NCBI GenBank assembly: GCA_037379345.1
Contig: CM074520.1
Location: forward strand, 37,358,664 to 37,422,663
Reading direction: 5' to 3'
Length of the DNA stretch: 64,000 bases
DNA from: Perna viridis
Taxonomy: Eukaryota
Below the pieces are notes generated by a model, which saw only the letters and a program-made list of their open reading frames with translations, ran no database searches and was not told where the DNA came from. Below, piece after piece: positions 14,276-28,193 of this stretch (its first letter is position 1; each line of letters begins with the position of its first letter). The position numbers were made by a program, and so were the translations under genes.

Positions 14276-15755
14276 TGTACTACTGCAAATTACCATATCT
14301 GTACTGCCTATGTCAATAACCAAAGCTGTACTGCCTATGTCATTTACCACAACTGTATTGCCTATGTCAATTACCACAACTGTATTGCCTTTGTCAATTA
14401 CCACAACTGTATTGCCTATGTCAGTTACCACAACTGTATTGCCTATGTCAATAACCAAAGCAGTACTGCTTATGTCAATTACCACAACTGTATTGCCTAT
14501 GTCAATAACCAAAGCTGTACTGCCTATGTCAATAACCAAAGCAGTACTGCTTATGTCAATTACCACAACTGTATTGCCTATGTCAATAACCAAAGCAGTA
14601 CTGCTTATGTCAATTACCACAATTGTATTGCCTATGTCAATTGCCACAACTGTATTGCCTATGTCAATAACCAAAGCTGTACTGCCTATGTCAATTACCA
14701 CAACTGTATTGCCTATGTCAATTACCACAACTGTATTGCCTTTGTCAATTACCACAACTGTATTGCCTATTTCAATAACCAAAGCTGTACTGCTTATGTC
14801 AATTACCACAACTGTATTGCCTATGTCAATAACCAAAGCAGTACTGCTTATGTCAATTACCACAACTGTATTGCCTATGTCAATAACCAAAGCTGTACTG
14901 CCTATGTCAATTACCACAACTGTATTGCCTATGTCAATTACCACAACTGTATTGCCTATGTCAATAACCAAAGCAGTACTGCTTATGTCAATTGCCACAA
15001 CTGTATTGCCTATGTCAATAACCAAAGCTGTACTGCCTATGTCAATTACCACAACTGTATTGCCTATGTCAATAACCAAAGCAGTACTGCCTATGTCAAT
15101 TACCACAACTGTATTGCCTATGTCAATTACCACAACCGTATTGCCTATGTCAATAACCAAAGCAGTACTGCTTATGTCAATTACCACAACTGTATTGCCT
15201 ATGTCAATAACCAAAGCTGTACTGCCTATGTCAATTACCATAACTGTATTGCCTTTGTCAATTACCACAACTGTATTGCCTATGTCAATTACCAAAATCT
15301 GTATTGCCTATGTCAATTATCAAATCCTTATTATTGCCCATGTGAACAACAAAACCTATATTATTGCCTATATAAATTACCAAACCTGTATTGTTGCCTA
15401 TGTGAATTCCTAATCTATTATTGTCTTGGTGAATTCCTCATATATTATTGCCTATGTGAATAACCTAATCTATTATTGTCTTTGTGAATTCCTAACATAT
15501 TATTGCCTATGTGAATAACCTAATCTATTATTGCCTATGTGAATTACCAAACCTGTATTATTGCCTATGTGAATTACCAAACCTGTTTTATTGCCTATGT
15601 GAATTACCAAACCTGTTTTATTGCCTATGTGAATTACCAAACCTGTATTATTGCCTATGTGAATTACCAAACCTTTATTATTGCCTATGTGAATTACCAA
15701 ACCTGTATTATTGCCTATGTGAATTACCTAATCTATTACTGCCTTTGTGAATGAC
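14276..15755. repeat. Compound minisatellite: ~37 x 27-bp units of two variants, followed by 27-30-bp related units
   Basis: Units tgcctatgtcaattaccacaactgtat and tgcctatgtcaataaccaaagctgtac, then ttgcctatgtgaattaccaaacctgtatta. Confidence 0.97.
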
Positions 15756-18700
15756 CAAACCAATATTTTTGCAGATGTTTTGGAAAATTTTGCTCCAACC
15801 CAAACAAAATAACACCCTTAATAGTCCAAGCATTGTTAGAATAGAATACCATATATTAATGTATAAAGGTCACTACTTTATTAATGACCAAAACTTCTAT
15901 AAGAGACAATAAAGTTGACAATGGGGACATTCTCGTGGCAATTATAGTTCTATAAACCAGTAAGAACTGTCAGAGATACTACTATAATTCTCAGATTAGT
16001 CTAGCACTGCTGTAACTTCTATCCATTTCCTATAAAACAGTTTTTTCATGGATATGACAAACACATGATTAAATCTTCCAACTGAGTCCTTTAACCAAAG
16101 ATCAAGGTTACTGCATCAGGAACTTGAAAGTTTCCTGAAATATCTCTAAAGAAGGATATCTTGTAAGAAATTGGTAAATGGCAGGCACGAATACTTATCC
16201 ATTGGAGGAGAAAATTATTAAACAACTTGACCGAAAATCATTGCAAAATTGATCTGAAAAATAATCAATTTAAAAAATAATGATAGAGTAAAAGGCCTCA
16301 GTTAAGAGTTTGAGAAAGTTCAATTGTTTAAGGGATTAAGTGTCTGTATCAGAATGTTCATGTACAGACTATCCCACAAAATTTAAACAAGAACAGGAAA
16401 AGCCCTAATAAAAAAATATTAGTTATTTTTAAATCCTTGCTTGTGTTTCGTCTACTTGAATTATGAAAATATTCAGAGAGAAATATCAACATCATCCTTA
16501 AAATGTTTCAGAACTTCCAGCCATTTGTTAATTACCATCAAAATAAGTTAATCAGACACTGCAAGTTTTTGAGGCTGAAATGTCAATACCTATTATACAA
16601 TGGAGATATCTAAAACTGAAGCCTGATGCTACTGGAATTAACTAATTCACCCTCTGGTGCCAGAGAGTCCTATAACTAAGTTGTATGCTAGACAGCCCCA
16701 CACCAGTACAGATGACATTAGCTAATTATCTCTCAGTCTGAAATCTGTAAATCATTTTCAAAAGAGAAATGCAATACTAAAAAGAAAATGGAGTAATTAA
16801 TTTTCATGCACAAACCCCTGACATCTCCAAAAGGTTAGATTTCAGGACAATTATGCTGTTGTAGTGTCACTTTGCCCTAATGCATTTATAATATATCCTA
16901 TATGATATATCATTTGTCTTCAGAGAACATATGTCATAATGATAATAGCCACCAGTGACCAAAAAATTTTAAATTTGGATATTCATGTTTCTAACTGTTG
17001 CCAAGGGGATGCAACAAAAATGTATTTCAACAAATCAACAGACAATGATACTGAAATTGGAAAGGATGGAGATAACAAACTAAGACTAGACAAGTGAAAT
17101 ATATTGACCTATATACAGCTAATGATTTTGACCCTGATTCTGGTCTCATTAATCATGTCCATATATATCAACAGAACCATAATTACTGAGCATGTCAACT
17201 CACTCTCTAGAGGCTTAGAATTACTTATTAGTCTCATTATTGTAAGGCTTTGTCATCAATCACAATATGGGTAATTACAAACATTCAATTGATTGGGAAT
17301 TTTTTTTCTATTCCAAGATCAAAGAAAGCTTAAGTTAAGCTTACTAGTACATACTTATTTTTTTTGTTTTTCGTTTGTTTTCAATCAATAAGCCTCACTA
17401 AATGTTGGTTGAGATGTATTTTCTAGGTCACTGTCTTAGCATACATTTCCCACATTCCCATCCTACTGATTTCCTTTCTAAAATAAAAGTTTTTATTCTA
17501 AAATAAACTAAATCTAGAAGAGACTGTTTATAACCTTCTACCAATCCAGTCCACTCATGTGACAATAATAAAAAATGGACAATGAGACACTCTCGTATGA
17601 AAGGAGGGACTGCCTTAAAAGCAAGAAATTATTATTGTTGATGCTATGAAACACAAATTCTTTTTCAAAATTGAGAAAAATTAAAACTGTTACAGTCACT
17701 TGTACCAATGCATTATTATGTAGACTGATGACTGTTGCCTCACTAGACTAATCCAGAAACAACCAGTTAAATTCAAATGAAGTGAGGAAGCCTTTCATTA
17801 TGAATGATTAATGTTTACACAAAGAACTTATAAAATGAATTAAAATAACACATCATCTGGGCAAAAACTTTTTACATAACACAGGTAGCATGTAAGCACT
17901 TTTAATACTTGAATACCAAATTTTTGTGGTTTGAAGAAATTGTATTGGTCTGAAGTTTATAATTGGCAATTTAATGTGAACAGTTAATGTGATTGGTTGC
18001 AATTTAACTACATGAATTCACTGAATTTATTTTTCAAAAGAAAGTACCTTGAAACCTGAAAAAAAACACCAGATCCTGTTTAAACTAAACACATTTTGAA
18101 GTTCTTTCATAATGATTTAGAAGAATTGAAAACCAGATTAAAATCAACTGCTGCTATCCAATGCTAATAAAACAAAACCAACTACTGCCAAGTCATCCTT
18201 CACTAATTACACAAAAAAAGCTTATAACAGAATCATTGTCACCAATGGCAATTTTTAAGAAATATCATATAATGGGACTATATTTAGATTTCATTAAAAT
18301 TAGCTCAAGTTAAAATGTCAACTACCTCATGCCTTGTATCTACTGAAACAACCCATTAAATACTTTATACTCCCACATCAGAAAATTTGACACGTTTATT
18401 ATCAGAGCATAATGAAATGAGCAACATCCCTGTAGGAGCCAAGTTTTCCACATAGCTTTAAAATTCCTCTGTCAAACTTTTGATGTTAAAAACACATTGT
18501 ACAAAATTTAAATCTAGTATTCATGCTGCAATAATGTATAATTGATGATAATGATTATTGTGTATTGGCTTGTAAGGTTCAGAGGGATGTCAATTACAGC
18601 GTTTACCTGATCAATAAGTGCAATATTACATGATTTTATACTTAAATTCATTACAACTTTTGCTGCTTTCAAAAGCTTTCAAATGGCTCATTTGGCCTGC

Positions 18701-21700
18701 CAATTATCTAAAAGTTTTTGAGATTCTACATGCATATAAGATAACACAAAAATGTTTAACAAATCAAAGGGAAAGTTGAAAGATCAAAGAGATTCCAGTA
18801 ATCTCATGTCAATATGAAAGTCTCGAAACAAAATTCAATCTCCCCTTTTTGACCTGTTCAGTTTACTAAGAGGTCTTTTGAATACTGAATACATTATTTC
18901 TTCTGATTTAGCATTCCAAAGAACCCAAAATGAACTTCTAGGATGTAAAGGGTTAAGAACTATTTAAAATTTAAAGCAAAAATTCAATCCAGGGAAAACC
19001 TTAAGTTCTTACAAAAAGCTTGACTTATTTACAACAATATTACCTCTAAATAGTACTGCTCTACTGAATTACATTAGTATGCAGTTCTTCTATGCATAAG
19101 AAGTCTTGCACGATTAAATTGACACAGTTTCATAGACTGAAATGTTTTCAGTCAAGCTGACGTCAGATTGTTTACATGTTAACATTCACTTAAACTATAA
19201 AAACAAAGAGACATGATTATTCAACTTTTAAACTATGAAGTTGTAAAATTGTTCTCTTTTAATACTTGTTACCAACAACTAACATAATTTTTCAACATGT
19301 TACAGAATTTTCAAAAAGCTTTACATATCACAAATAAAAACAATATGATCACATAACAATATAAAATGTCAGATTAAACTTCTCATTGCTACAACTTGTT
19401 TACATAGATCAATTCAATGCAAACAATCTACTATCAACCTGCATACAAAATCAATATGCAATCCAAGGACACACTCTGTAAATCAATTTGTACGAAGTTC
19501 AAATTTTCATTTGACAGGTAGATTAAATTATATACACTGCAGCTTATGTTGATGATACCTTTCCACCTGCTAACAGTTGCAAACTGTTTACTCAAAGTAG
19601 TTGAATAGATCACAAGAAAATTTGATCTGGTGATTCCAAATCTTCCAAGAGAAAAGAAAAGGCATACACCCACTATTAAGTTAAACTATTCATTTATTAT
19701 CATCCAGAAATGATTAATGGATGATTTTTACGGAAACTGACAAAATTGGAAGTAAATTTACATTAAAAATAAGAATCGTAATGGTAAAAAAAAAATCTTC
19801 CCTGTATATATGTCTAACATCTATTGATAAACACAATTTCACCAGCAAATTAAAACAAATGTTCTCATGCACTCTTTGTATTCCATGAGTAGTGGAACAA
19901 GCAGAATTCTCTACAGCTGTAATGTAGGTAGCCTTAAAAAAAATTTTAAGCTAACAAATAAATTCAAACTTCCTCTGCATTTCCCTGATATAGGCTGACA
20001 AGATGTACATCTTGCTATGTCAACGACATGGTGTAACCTTGATTAAGTATTCCGGAAGGGGATTAAAACACTTCCTTTAGTTTCAGTCTAAAACATTTTA
20101 ATACTTTAAATGCACATCATTAAATTACACTTTCAAATATGATTTTTTTTTTTTTTTTTTTTTGTGATAATAAAGAGCCATTTTTAAAAACATGACCAAC
20201 ATATGACCTTGGTCCTGCCTTTTGAAGCCATAACTGTCATTTGAAAGAGTAATCAAGGGAACCAAGGTTGTAGCGGTAATCCAGGGACAGACCCTTGCAA
20301 CGAACGAAAACAATTTAAAAGAATTTGGCATTGAAATTTCATTCACTGTTGGAACTCACAGTCTGTTTCAGTTTTACTTTTAAAAATCAAATCTGAATAT
20401 GGGTAACCTGACTACTTGTCACCTGTAAGGTTTACACAATTCTTTTAAATAATTCATAGAAGTTCAAGTTTCAGCTTTCATCTATTTCAATCAACTACAT
20501 TTAGCAAAGGCCCTTGAGTCTACTTAAATTTCTCTTGGACAGCTTAGTAACAGGTACATTATCTACTTAAAAAAAACATCAACAATCTCAATATCGATGA
20601 AAATAATAATTTTACCCCTTAAAATCAATAAAATACCCTGCTTAAACATTTCCAAGAAAATATAACATAAAAAAATTACCTGAGCCATAACTCGAGACAA
20701 TTAACCAAGAAATTCACAAATAGAATCAATGGAATTTTTCAAGTATCAATTAAATCATGGCTACCATATTCTATCATAAGTAAATCTGCTATAGAGAAAC
20801 CAGTCTTAACCAAACATATTCAATACTGTAGGATTTCTATGGTTTAGACAGGTGTATGGTTTACCTAGGTTCAAAACAAATTTAAATAGGATATAAAAGG
20901 TTTTTAAACAGAGTCTTATCTTAGACAAGATTTATTCAGGGTTCAGTTTAGGCAGTTTTCACTGTTGAAGAAACTGTAATGGATACAAGTCTTATTTAAT
21001 AAACCATCCATTTGAACTTGATAACTTAGTCTTGTCATTATCAAAGTTCACACAAGGCTAGTGTACTCTAAATGTGACACTGTTAATCTATACTTTTCTT
21101 ATTAATTTCAAGAATGACAAAAAATTTTTTTCTCATATACATAGCACGCTTTCTGACCCAAAATATTTTTCTTGTCATGCATTGGACTTTTAATGCATAT
21201 TTTTTTGTTTCTTTTATGTATATAATTTCATACCCTAACTAAAGGGAAATATTTCAAGGCCTTTCAGCTAATAGTACAGGTATAATAATATAAGCCAAAG
21301 AAGAAGTTGAGAAAAATGCATTAAAAGTAATAGTGATCCTCAGATTCAATCAGCATGAAAAATACACTAATAAAAAAATCATAACAAAATGTGTCAAGTT
21401 ATTACAAACTTCACAACCCCAAAATATGAAGGCTTCATTCTTTGAACTGTATATGATAAAACTTCTTCGAACAGGTTTTGGCATCAAATTTTCTTTGGTT
21501 ATCACTACTTGTTGTGGACTATTCATCTAAAGCTGCTGATGAAAGGTTATTCTTTAAAATTAGTGTACAGCAATCTTAAATATTTACACAAGATCAGTAT
21601 TTTTGTTTTCTCATGATGATTGGACAATTTTTAATATAGAATTATAGCTTCAAAACAAACCTGTAACACGCCAGACTGGTGCATGGACCAAAATTTCAAA

Positions 21701-22319
21701 ACAACCTTTACCCACACCCTTTTGCCAGGGATTAAAACAGCATAAGCTCTTATCAAAAACATCAGAATAGGTTATTTGCTAACTGAAACCCAATTAATCT
21801 AATGTATAAATCGGTACATTGACTGGCCACTAAATGTCAGTGCTTGTTTAAATTGCTGGCTCCATCAGTCTGTAGATATTTTCTCAACCAGACCCAGGGG
21901 CAACACAAAAGGTCAACTGATCTATTCGGGTCATACAAATATACACAATGAAATTTTGATTTTTTAAAGTAATGCAGAGTAACACATAAAATTAGAAAGC
22001 ATCATGAGAAAAATTTTTTTAGAAGGAGGTACATGAACTTGTTAACATGAACTGTTTAAAAAATTTTTCTACAATTTTTTCTTCTTAGTTAATTGTACCC
22101 ATACTTTCTCTTTTGTTTCTTTTATTGAAAAAGCAAAACATGCCAAGTGTAAGCATCCCAATAGCATGGAACTCTACAAAAACTCATCTGCAGTAACAAA
22201 TAAGTACGGACAAAAAAGAGTGGGGCATTTTATTTTTCAGCCATTTATTTTCTCTATACAGTGAAACCAGTATAATGTGAACCATTCATTAACAGAAAAC
22301 ATGTCTGAAGTGTACATTT

Positions 22320-22743
22320 GTTCTTTGTGCTGATGTGACCGCTGATTTACCAATTATGACAATAGCATGCTTGGACCCACTACATCAGCCAATTCTGATT
22401 TTTCGGAAGGCACAAAGGTTTTCGGCTTGAAAACATTTAAGATGCTCATTTTCAACTTTTACTTAGCATTCCTGTCGTAATACTATTTTGTGTGAAATGT
22501 AGTGAGATTCATTCATGACGTCGGACTAGAATGTCAGGGTTGATCGATCTTAAAAAGTATTCACAATTTAAATACATATTGATCCGTCTACCGTTAGGAA
22601 ATATGGGAAGTCCCCTTGCTATTTAGTTGAAAATATGTATTCCGATAGATGGATATTTTCGCGGGATTTATTTTCGCGATTTCCGTCGCACCACGAAAAT
22701 AAGCGAAAATAAAACCACTGCGAAAATAACCCGCTATACGGTA
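22320..22743 (-). mobile_element. 5' fragment of a pogo/Tc1-like DNA transposon
   Basis: CpG-rich terminus ...gcgaaaataacccgctatacggta with ttttcgcg subrepeats. Minus-strand ATG at 22449 gives MSILNVFKPK...DVVGPS, then a stop. Confidence 0.45.
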
Positions 22744-24029
22744 CTTTTTAATCACCACTGGTATATTCCCGCCAAAATGGAAGAGGGAGGTTTAGCATGC
22801 TGTAAAACCTGGATTTAACCCACCATTTGCCTGTACCAAATCAGGACCATTGTGGTACCAGCTGCTCCAGTGGTGTAATATCTATTCTGTCACATTTACT
22901 TTGGACTTCGACTTGATTATAAATTGGATTAGTGTTTGGCAATTTTGTTATTACCCTTTTTTATGAAGTCTCCTTCCAATACTGTTAGAACCCTACATAA
23001 ACCTGAAATCTGTCGAAAAAGAACAAATCCTTCAGTCTTTAAGTGGTCAGGTTTGACAAGATATAGGGATTCAAAAGTCTGAACAATTAACTCCCACTCA
23101 TCACAAAACCCATCAGTGTCCAGATATGGTCATTAAAAAGGACAATATTTGTGTCATTGATTATTAACACAGGGAGTGTGGCTCTTAATAGCAATTTAGA
23201 CAGTGTATCAAATTACTAGTATTCCACCTCCATTAAACATAATATAATAGTAATTCAATGGCAACAATTATACATTTAAAGCCCAAGAATTTTATGCTCA
23301 TATTAAGTATCAGAGTCAATTGTGGGAGATAAAGCAATCAAAACTTAGCAATGACGACACTCCTTGTCTTACATCCTCCTACAATACTGTAGACAACCAC
23401 ATTCCTCCCTTTTTTTTTGACAATACCATCCTGTCCTTTGTTCTAAAAAATCTACTACAAACTATTTATTTCAATTAGAGGGAAACAACCAGAAAAAACT
23501 AGCAAAATCAGAAATCCGACAAAGAAATAGACAATCATTGATTATGTTCTATGGAAATTCTAGGGTCAAACTGTTAATTAACCCATCAGTCATTTGTTTA
23601 TTACCAATAAATCAACATGAAAATTCGAAAACTTGAATAACACCAAAGGAAGTAAATAATCTTAGAATTTTATGTTATGAAGATTAAGGAGAAACTGTTT
23701 ACAACCAGTCAGAAATGATTTAAATCCAGAAATCAAGATCTCAATCTTGTGAGGAAATGAACATTTGAAATAACTATTCATCAGAAGTTCAAAGGTCAAG
23801 TTATTTACTTTTCCCCAAAGAACATTTTTACTTTTTTTTTTCATTCAAGAAAATTGAAGGACATAAATAGCTCAAACAACTGATCACAGTTCAACCACGT
23901 ACATTTCAATCTTTTAAATAAACATTGTGAAAATTTAAATGGGTGTAGTAACGATTTATCTTTTTATGTACGGCTATGTCGTCCATCACTTGTGAATGAA
24001 ATATTAGATTAGAAAAGAAACACTTGAAT

Positions 24030-24325
24030 TAAAACATAACATGTGGACCATGGTAAAGCCTTGTTACATACATAACATCTTGAATATAGTAAAGCCTTGT
24101 TACAAACATAACATATGGACCATGGTTAAGTCCTGTTACAAACATAACATGGGGACCATGGTCAAGTCTTGTTACAAACATAACATGTGGACCATAGTAA
24201 AGCCTTGTTACAAACATAACATATGGACCATGGTAAAGCCTTGTTACAAACATAACATATGGACCATGGTAAAGTCTTGTTACAAACATAACATGTGGAC
24301 CATGGTAAAGCCCTGTTACAAACAT
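24030..24325. repeat. 36-bp minisatellite, about 8 copies
   Basis: Unit aaacataacatgtggaccatggtaaagccttgttac. Confidence 0.95.
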
Positions 24326-25325
24326 ACAATAGTTTTCTTTCCCTAATCCTAACAGCAAATACAAATTGCTTGTAATTTATTTCATAAATAACTTGTAGTA
24401 ATAACAAAATACAACTGTCAGGAAATACTGTATTCATAGTTTTGCGCATATTTTATCTAATCTAAGGCATGATTAAAAAAATGCTGGCATAAAAATTTAC
24501 ATTTACTTCACACAAACCTGTATTTCTGTCAAAATTTCAAAATACATTTCTAATTTGTGGACAAGGACACTACCCTAAAACAGGCTACCATGGTAAGTAG
24601 AAATTCTCCTTAAAAAGCATCATGGTTTATTGTAACCTAGCAAAGGACTATGACATTATAGATAACTTGTACATCTTTAAACTCTTACTAACTTCCCAAA
24701 AAATCATTTTAATTCAGAAACTAAATAACATGAGCAATAAACTTTCTGCATTACAATAAAAAATAATCAATATCAAGTGTGCACTGTCTAGAAGTAAAAC
24801 TTGTTTAAGCAAGTTCAGAAATTTTTATGTTATCTGCACATATCTACAACAATTATATTATAAATGCAATCAAAACCAGCATGTTACAAACAAAAATTAT
24901 GAAATACCTAACAGAATTGTTATAAAAGTCCCAAGTCATCAGAACTTTTTTTCTTCACCATTCCGGTTACTCAAAATGCAGATACACTGTACTTATTTAT
25001 AGTTAAAATGCATTTAAAAAACAAAAATTTGATAATGTGATGAAGTACACACAGTCATATCCCTACTATTTTGATTTTTGTAATCAGTAGGTCAATATGA
25101 GATTTAAAATTCATCCTCCTTTAATTAAAAAAAAAAAAAAAAAAAAACGGCCCAAAGGTACACAGACCAAGGGCCTTCTGGACCAGAGTCAATGGGTATT
25201 CGACTATCATAAGCATGCAGTGTGCCTCCACTTAACACTTAATGACTTCAAATCATAGCTGCTATTTTTTTTTCAAATGATACAGTCGAGTTTATGTACT
25301 AGAAAATTTATTTTACATATTAAAA

Positions 25326-25702
25326 TACAGTGGAACTTGTGTAAACCTAACCATGAATAAACAGGGAGCCTGAGTAAACCTTACCCTGAATATACTGGGA
25401 ACCTGTGTAAACCAAACTCTGTATAAACTGGGAACCTGTGTATACCAAACCCTGAATAAACTGGGAACCTGTGTAAACCTTATCTACAATAAACTGGGAA
25501 CCTGTGTAAGCCTTACTTTGAATAACTGGGAACTAGTATAAACCTACCCTGAATGTACTGGGAATCTGTGTATACTGAAAACCTGTGTAAACCAGACATC
25601 TTTCTAGTCATGTAACATGTTTCAATACAATAAGAACCTACTTAAACCTAACACCTGTGATCACCAAACAAAAGATGTCTGGTTTATGCAGATTTCACTG
25701 TA
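25326..25702. mobile_element. TA-CAGT MITE carrying an internal ~35-bp tandem array (aaactgggaacctgtgtaaacc...)
   Basis: TIR tacagtggaacttgtgtaaacc/ggtttatgcagatttcactgta. Related ends near 11067, 20790-20965 and 22257. Confidence 0.7.
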
Positions 25703-28128
25703 CATAATATGGGTGAAAATGTGTCTCACAAAGTGTCATGACATAAATTATACCTTTACAATAAGAAATTTTTTGCATAAGGTTTACATATTTATTACTT
25801 TAACTACTGAACACTGGGAAAATGTGTGCTTCAGAGTAGTTATGTCAAAATACTAGGCATCTAAATCACTTGAGATGCATATGAACAACTGAGTACAGGC
25901 AGTCAGGGCACCTGTTACTGTAAATGTAAGATATATCTAACAAAAAAGATTGAATAGAGGCATGATGGAGTGAATCCAAGCATGACAAGATCTCAATTTC
26001 AGGAAAAAACAGGAAATGATAAAAATGACCCATGCAATTGTTGAGAATGAAAATTTTAGCTTCCAGATATAATTGAAAATTTAAAATCTTGTTTTTTTAA
26101 AAGAATTGCAGGACCAGAAATCTGTAAAAATCTGTAAATCAAACACTAGAAATAGAGTTAAAAAAATCAAACAGAACAAAAATGTAACAGATTACATCTT
26201 GGAGTCAGTGATTTTATAAAGTTTTAAGTGCAAGAGTAAGAATCAGGCAAAATCTGAACAATCAGAAACATGCATGTCCATACCTTTCACTCACTGCCTG
26301 ATTCTTACAGGGACTGACACTTAAACTGTCCATACCTTCTGAGTTTTGAAAATTTATTTTAACCAATGTTATTTTAATGTAAAATTCATTGACTCAAAAG
26401 CTATTTTGAGTATGAATTTAATACAAGTAACATTATTGTGACATTAGATGAAGGCTTACATCAAACTACATGTAATGATCTCATGTTTCTAGAGTTATCA
26501 GAGGAAGTAGCATGTTCTAAACAAAACATTACAGACAAAAACCTTGTACATAGCACAGGAAAATGCAACATAGTTTACAATTTGAAATGGTCCAGTGAAT
26601 CCTAAAAATAGGGGGAAATCCCAGACTATAAGGACTTAATATCCAATTCCCCATTTGTACTGTCAATGACCTTATATCATCTATTGATACATTACCAACC
26701 CATAAATAGAACCATTGCAGTAAAAATACAGTTCAATGGTGATCAAAGTGTAATGTGTAAAGTGAAAGTTCACATACTTTTGGTTTTCTTAACAAAGCAT
26801 GTACTTTATCCAAATATGATACCAAATGTAAAACAAGGTTTTAAAATCCTAAAAGTTTAAGGCTCCATGAAAACTTCAAGGTTCATGGTTCTCAAAATAC
26901 AGTACATCGTACAGTAAATAAGTATTAACGACAGTGCTAGCTCAAACTTCTATCTATATACATGTAGAATAATTTAATTTCGATGGTAAAGTCTCTTCTG
27001 ATTGGTTGATATTTTTTTTTTGTTTACCATCACATAGATATAATTTTACCAAGTGAAGTCATATAATGTTTTCTTAGATATTGAATGCTCCCTTGAAAAT
27101 ATCTTGCTACAAATGTTATTTAGTGTACACCACATGATTGAGGTTATTTCTTCTTAGAAAAGATATTAAAATCATTCTATAAGTGCATATAACCCGTAAC
27201 TACCCAACAGATTCATAGGACGGAATGATTTGACCAAAACTTACTTCAAGAAGTTGTGCAAACACATTACAAAACTAATTTCAAGAAGTTGTGCAAACAC
27301 ATTTGTCTGTCTTTTTACACAGGACATCCTATTATGCGACTTAATCTTAGATACAAGAATATGTACATGTATCTGCATAAACATTCCCATAATACAAGTC
27401 AAGTTACTTCATAACATCTCTGATTTATTGTGTATTTAAAGGGTCACATCAGGACAGCCGTGTTACCTAAGCAAATTCTATACTTTGAATTTTTGGTAAT
27501 AAAGTTTAATGTAGGTTTATAGGCATAAACTTCAAGCATATTTATAACATTTACAAGTTTTACGTAGATTGATTCTTACAGCTTAAACTTCTATTACTCA
27601 TTTTGTTGTAATAACTTTTTTGGACTGTAAGTCTATGTAGCTAAGGTCTCCAGCAAAATACCATTTATCAACTCACATATAGATACAGATGCTGTTTTGT
27701 TGTTTGATTTGATAAGTTCTTTTTTTTCCATTGAATAAAGTGCATACAAAATCTTAAGATAAAATGAAAAACATCTCAAGCTTTCACTTCAAATTCATGA
27801 ATTATAAAAATACTGCAAGGAATAGACAATTTTACAATTTACATGACTGTTGAAGATTTCTTTTGAAAATTTCCAAAATACTTGTGGTAATTTTCGATCA
27901 TCAAAATTCAAAAAGACTGTCATACTAGAATCATAACTGACGTAAATATATGTAATTCCTGATACGTATATTCTTCTTGCATTAATTAATTTCTTCCCAG
28001 AAAATTACTAATTTTTTACATATAATTTGTGAAATGTCACAAATTTTGCCAGCCCTGTGACTATGTAGTATTCTTGAAAAATAAATCACTGCTTCTAGAC
28101 AATACAGTTAACACACATAAGGACTTAC

Positions 28129-28193
28129 CTGGGTTCCTTCACTGGGGCCCTTTTCCCCTTTTGGGGGTCCTTCCGGGAGGGATCATCAGGAAT
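28129..28193 (-). CDS. AFF4: AFF4/lilli exon 9, IPDDPSRKDPQKGKRAPVKEP
   Basis: 65-nt GC-rich island, ctttcag| to |gtaagt, phase 0 to 2. Joins exon 10 as AG|G. Confidence 0.8.

Noticed and set aside
14240-15754. Long ORFs of 351-397 aa on both strands
   Set aside because: They follow directly from a stop-free 27-bp unit, are open in several frames at once, and have no unique domain or supporting gene structure.
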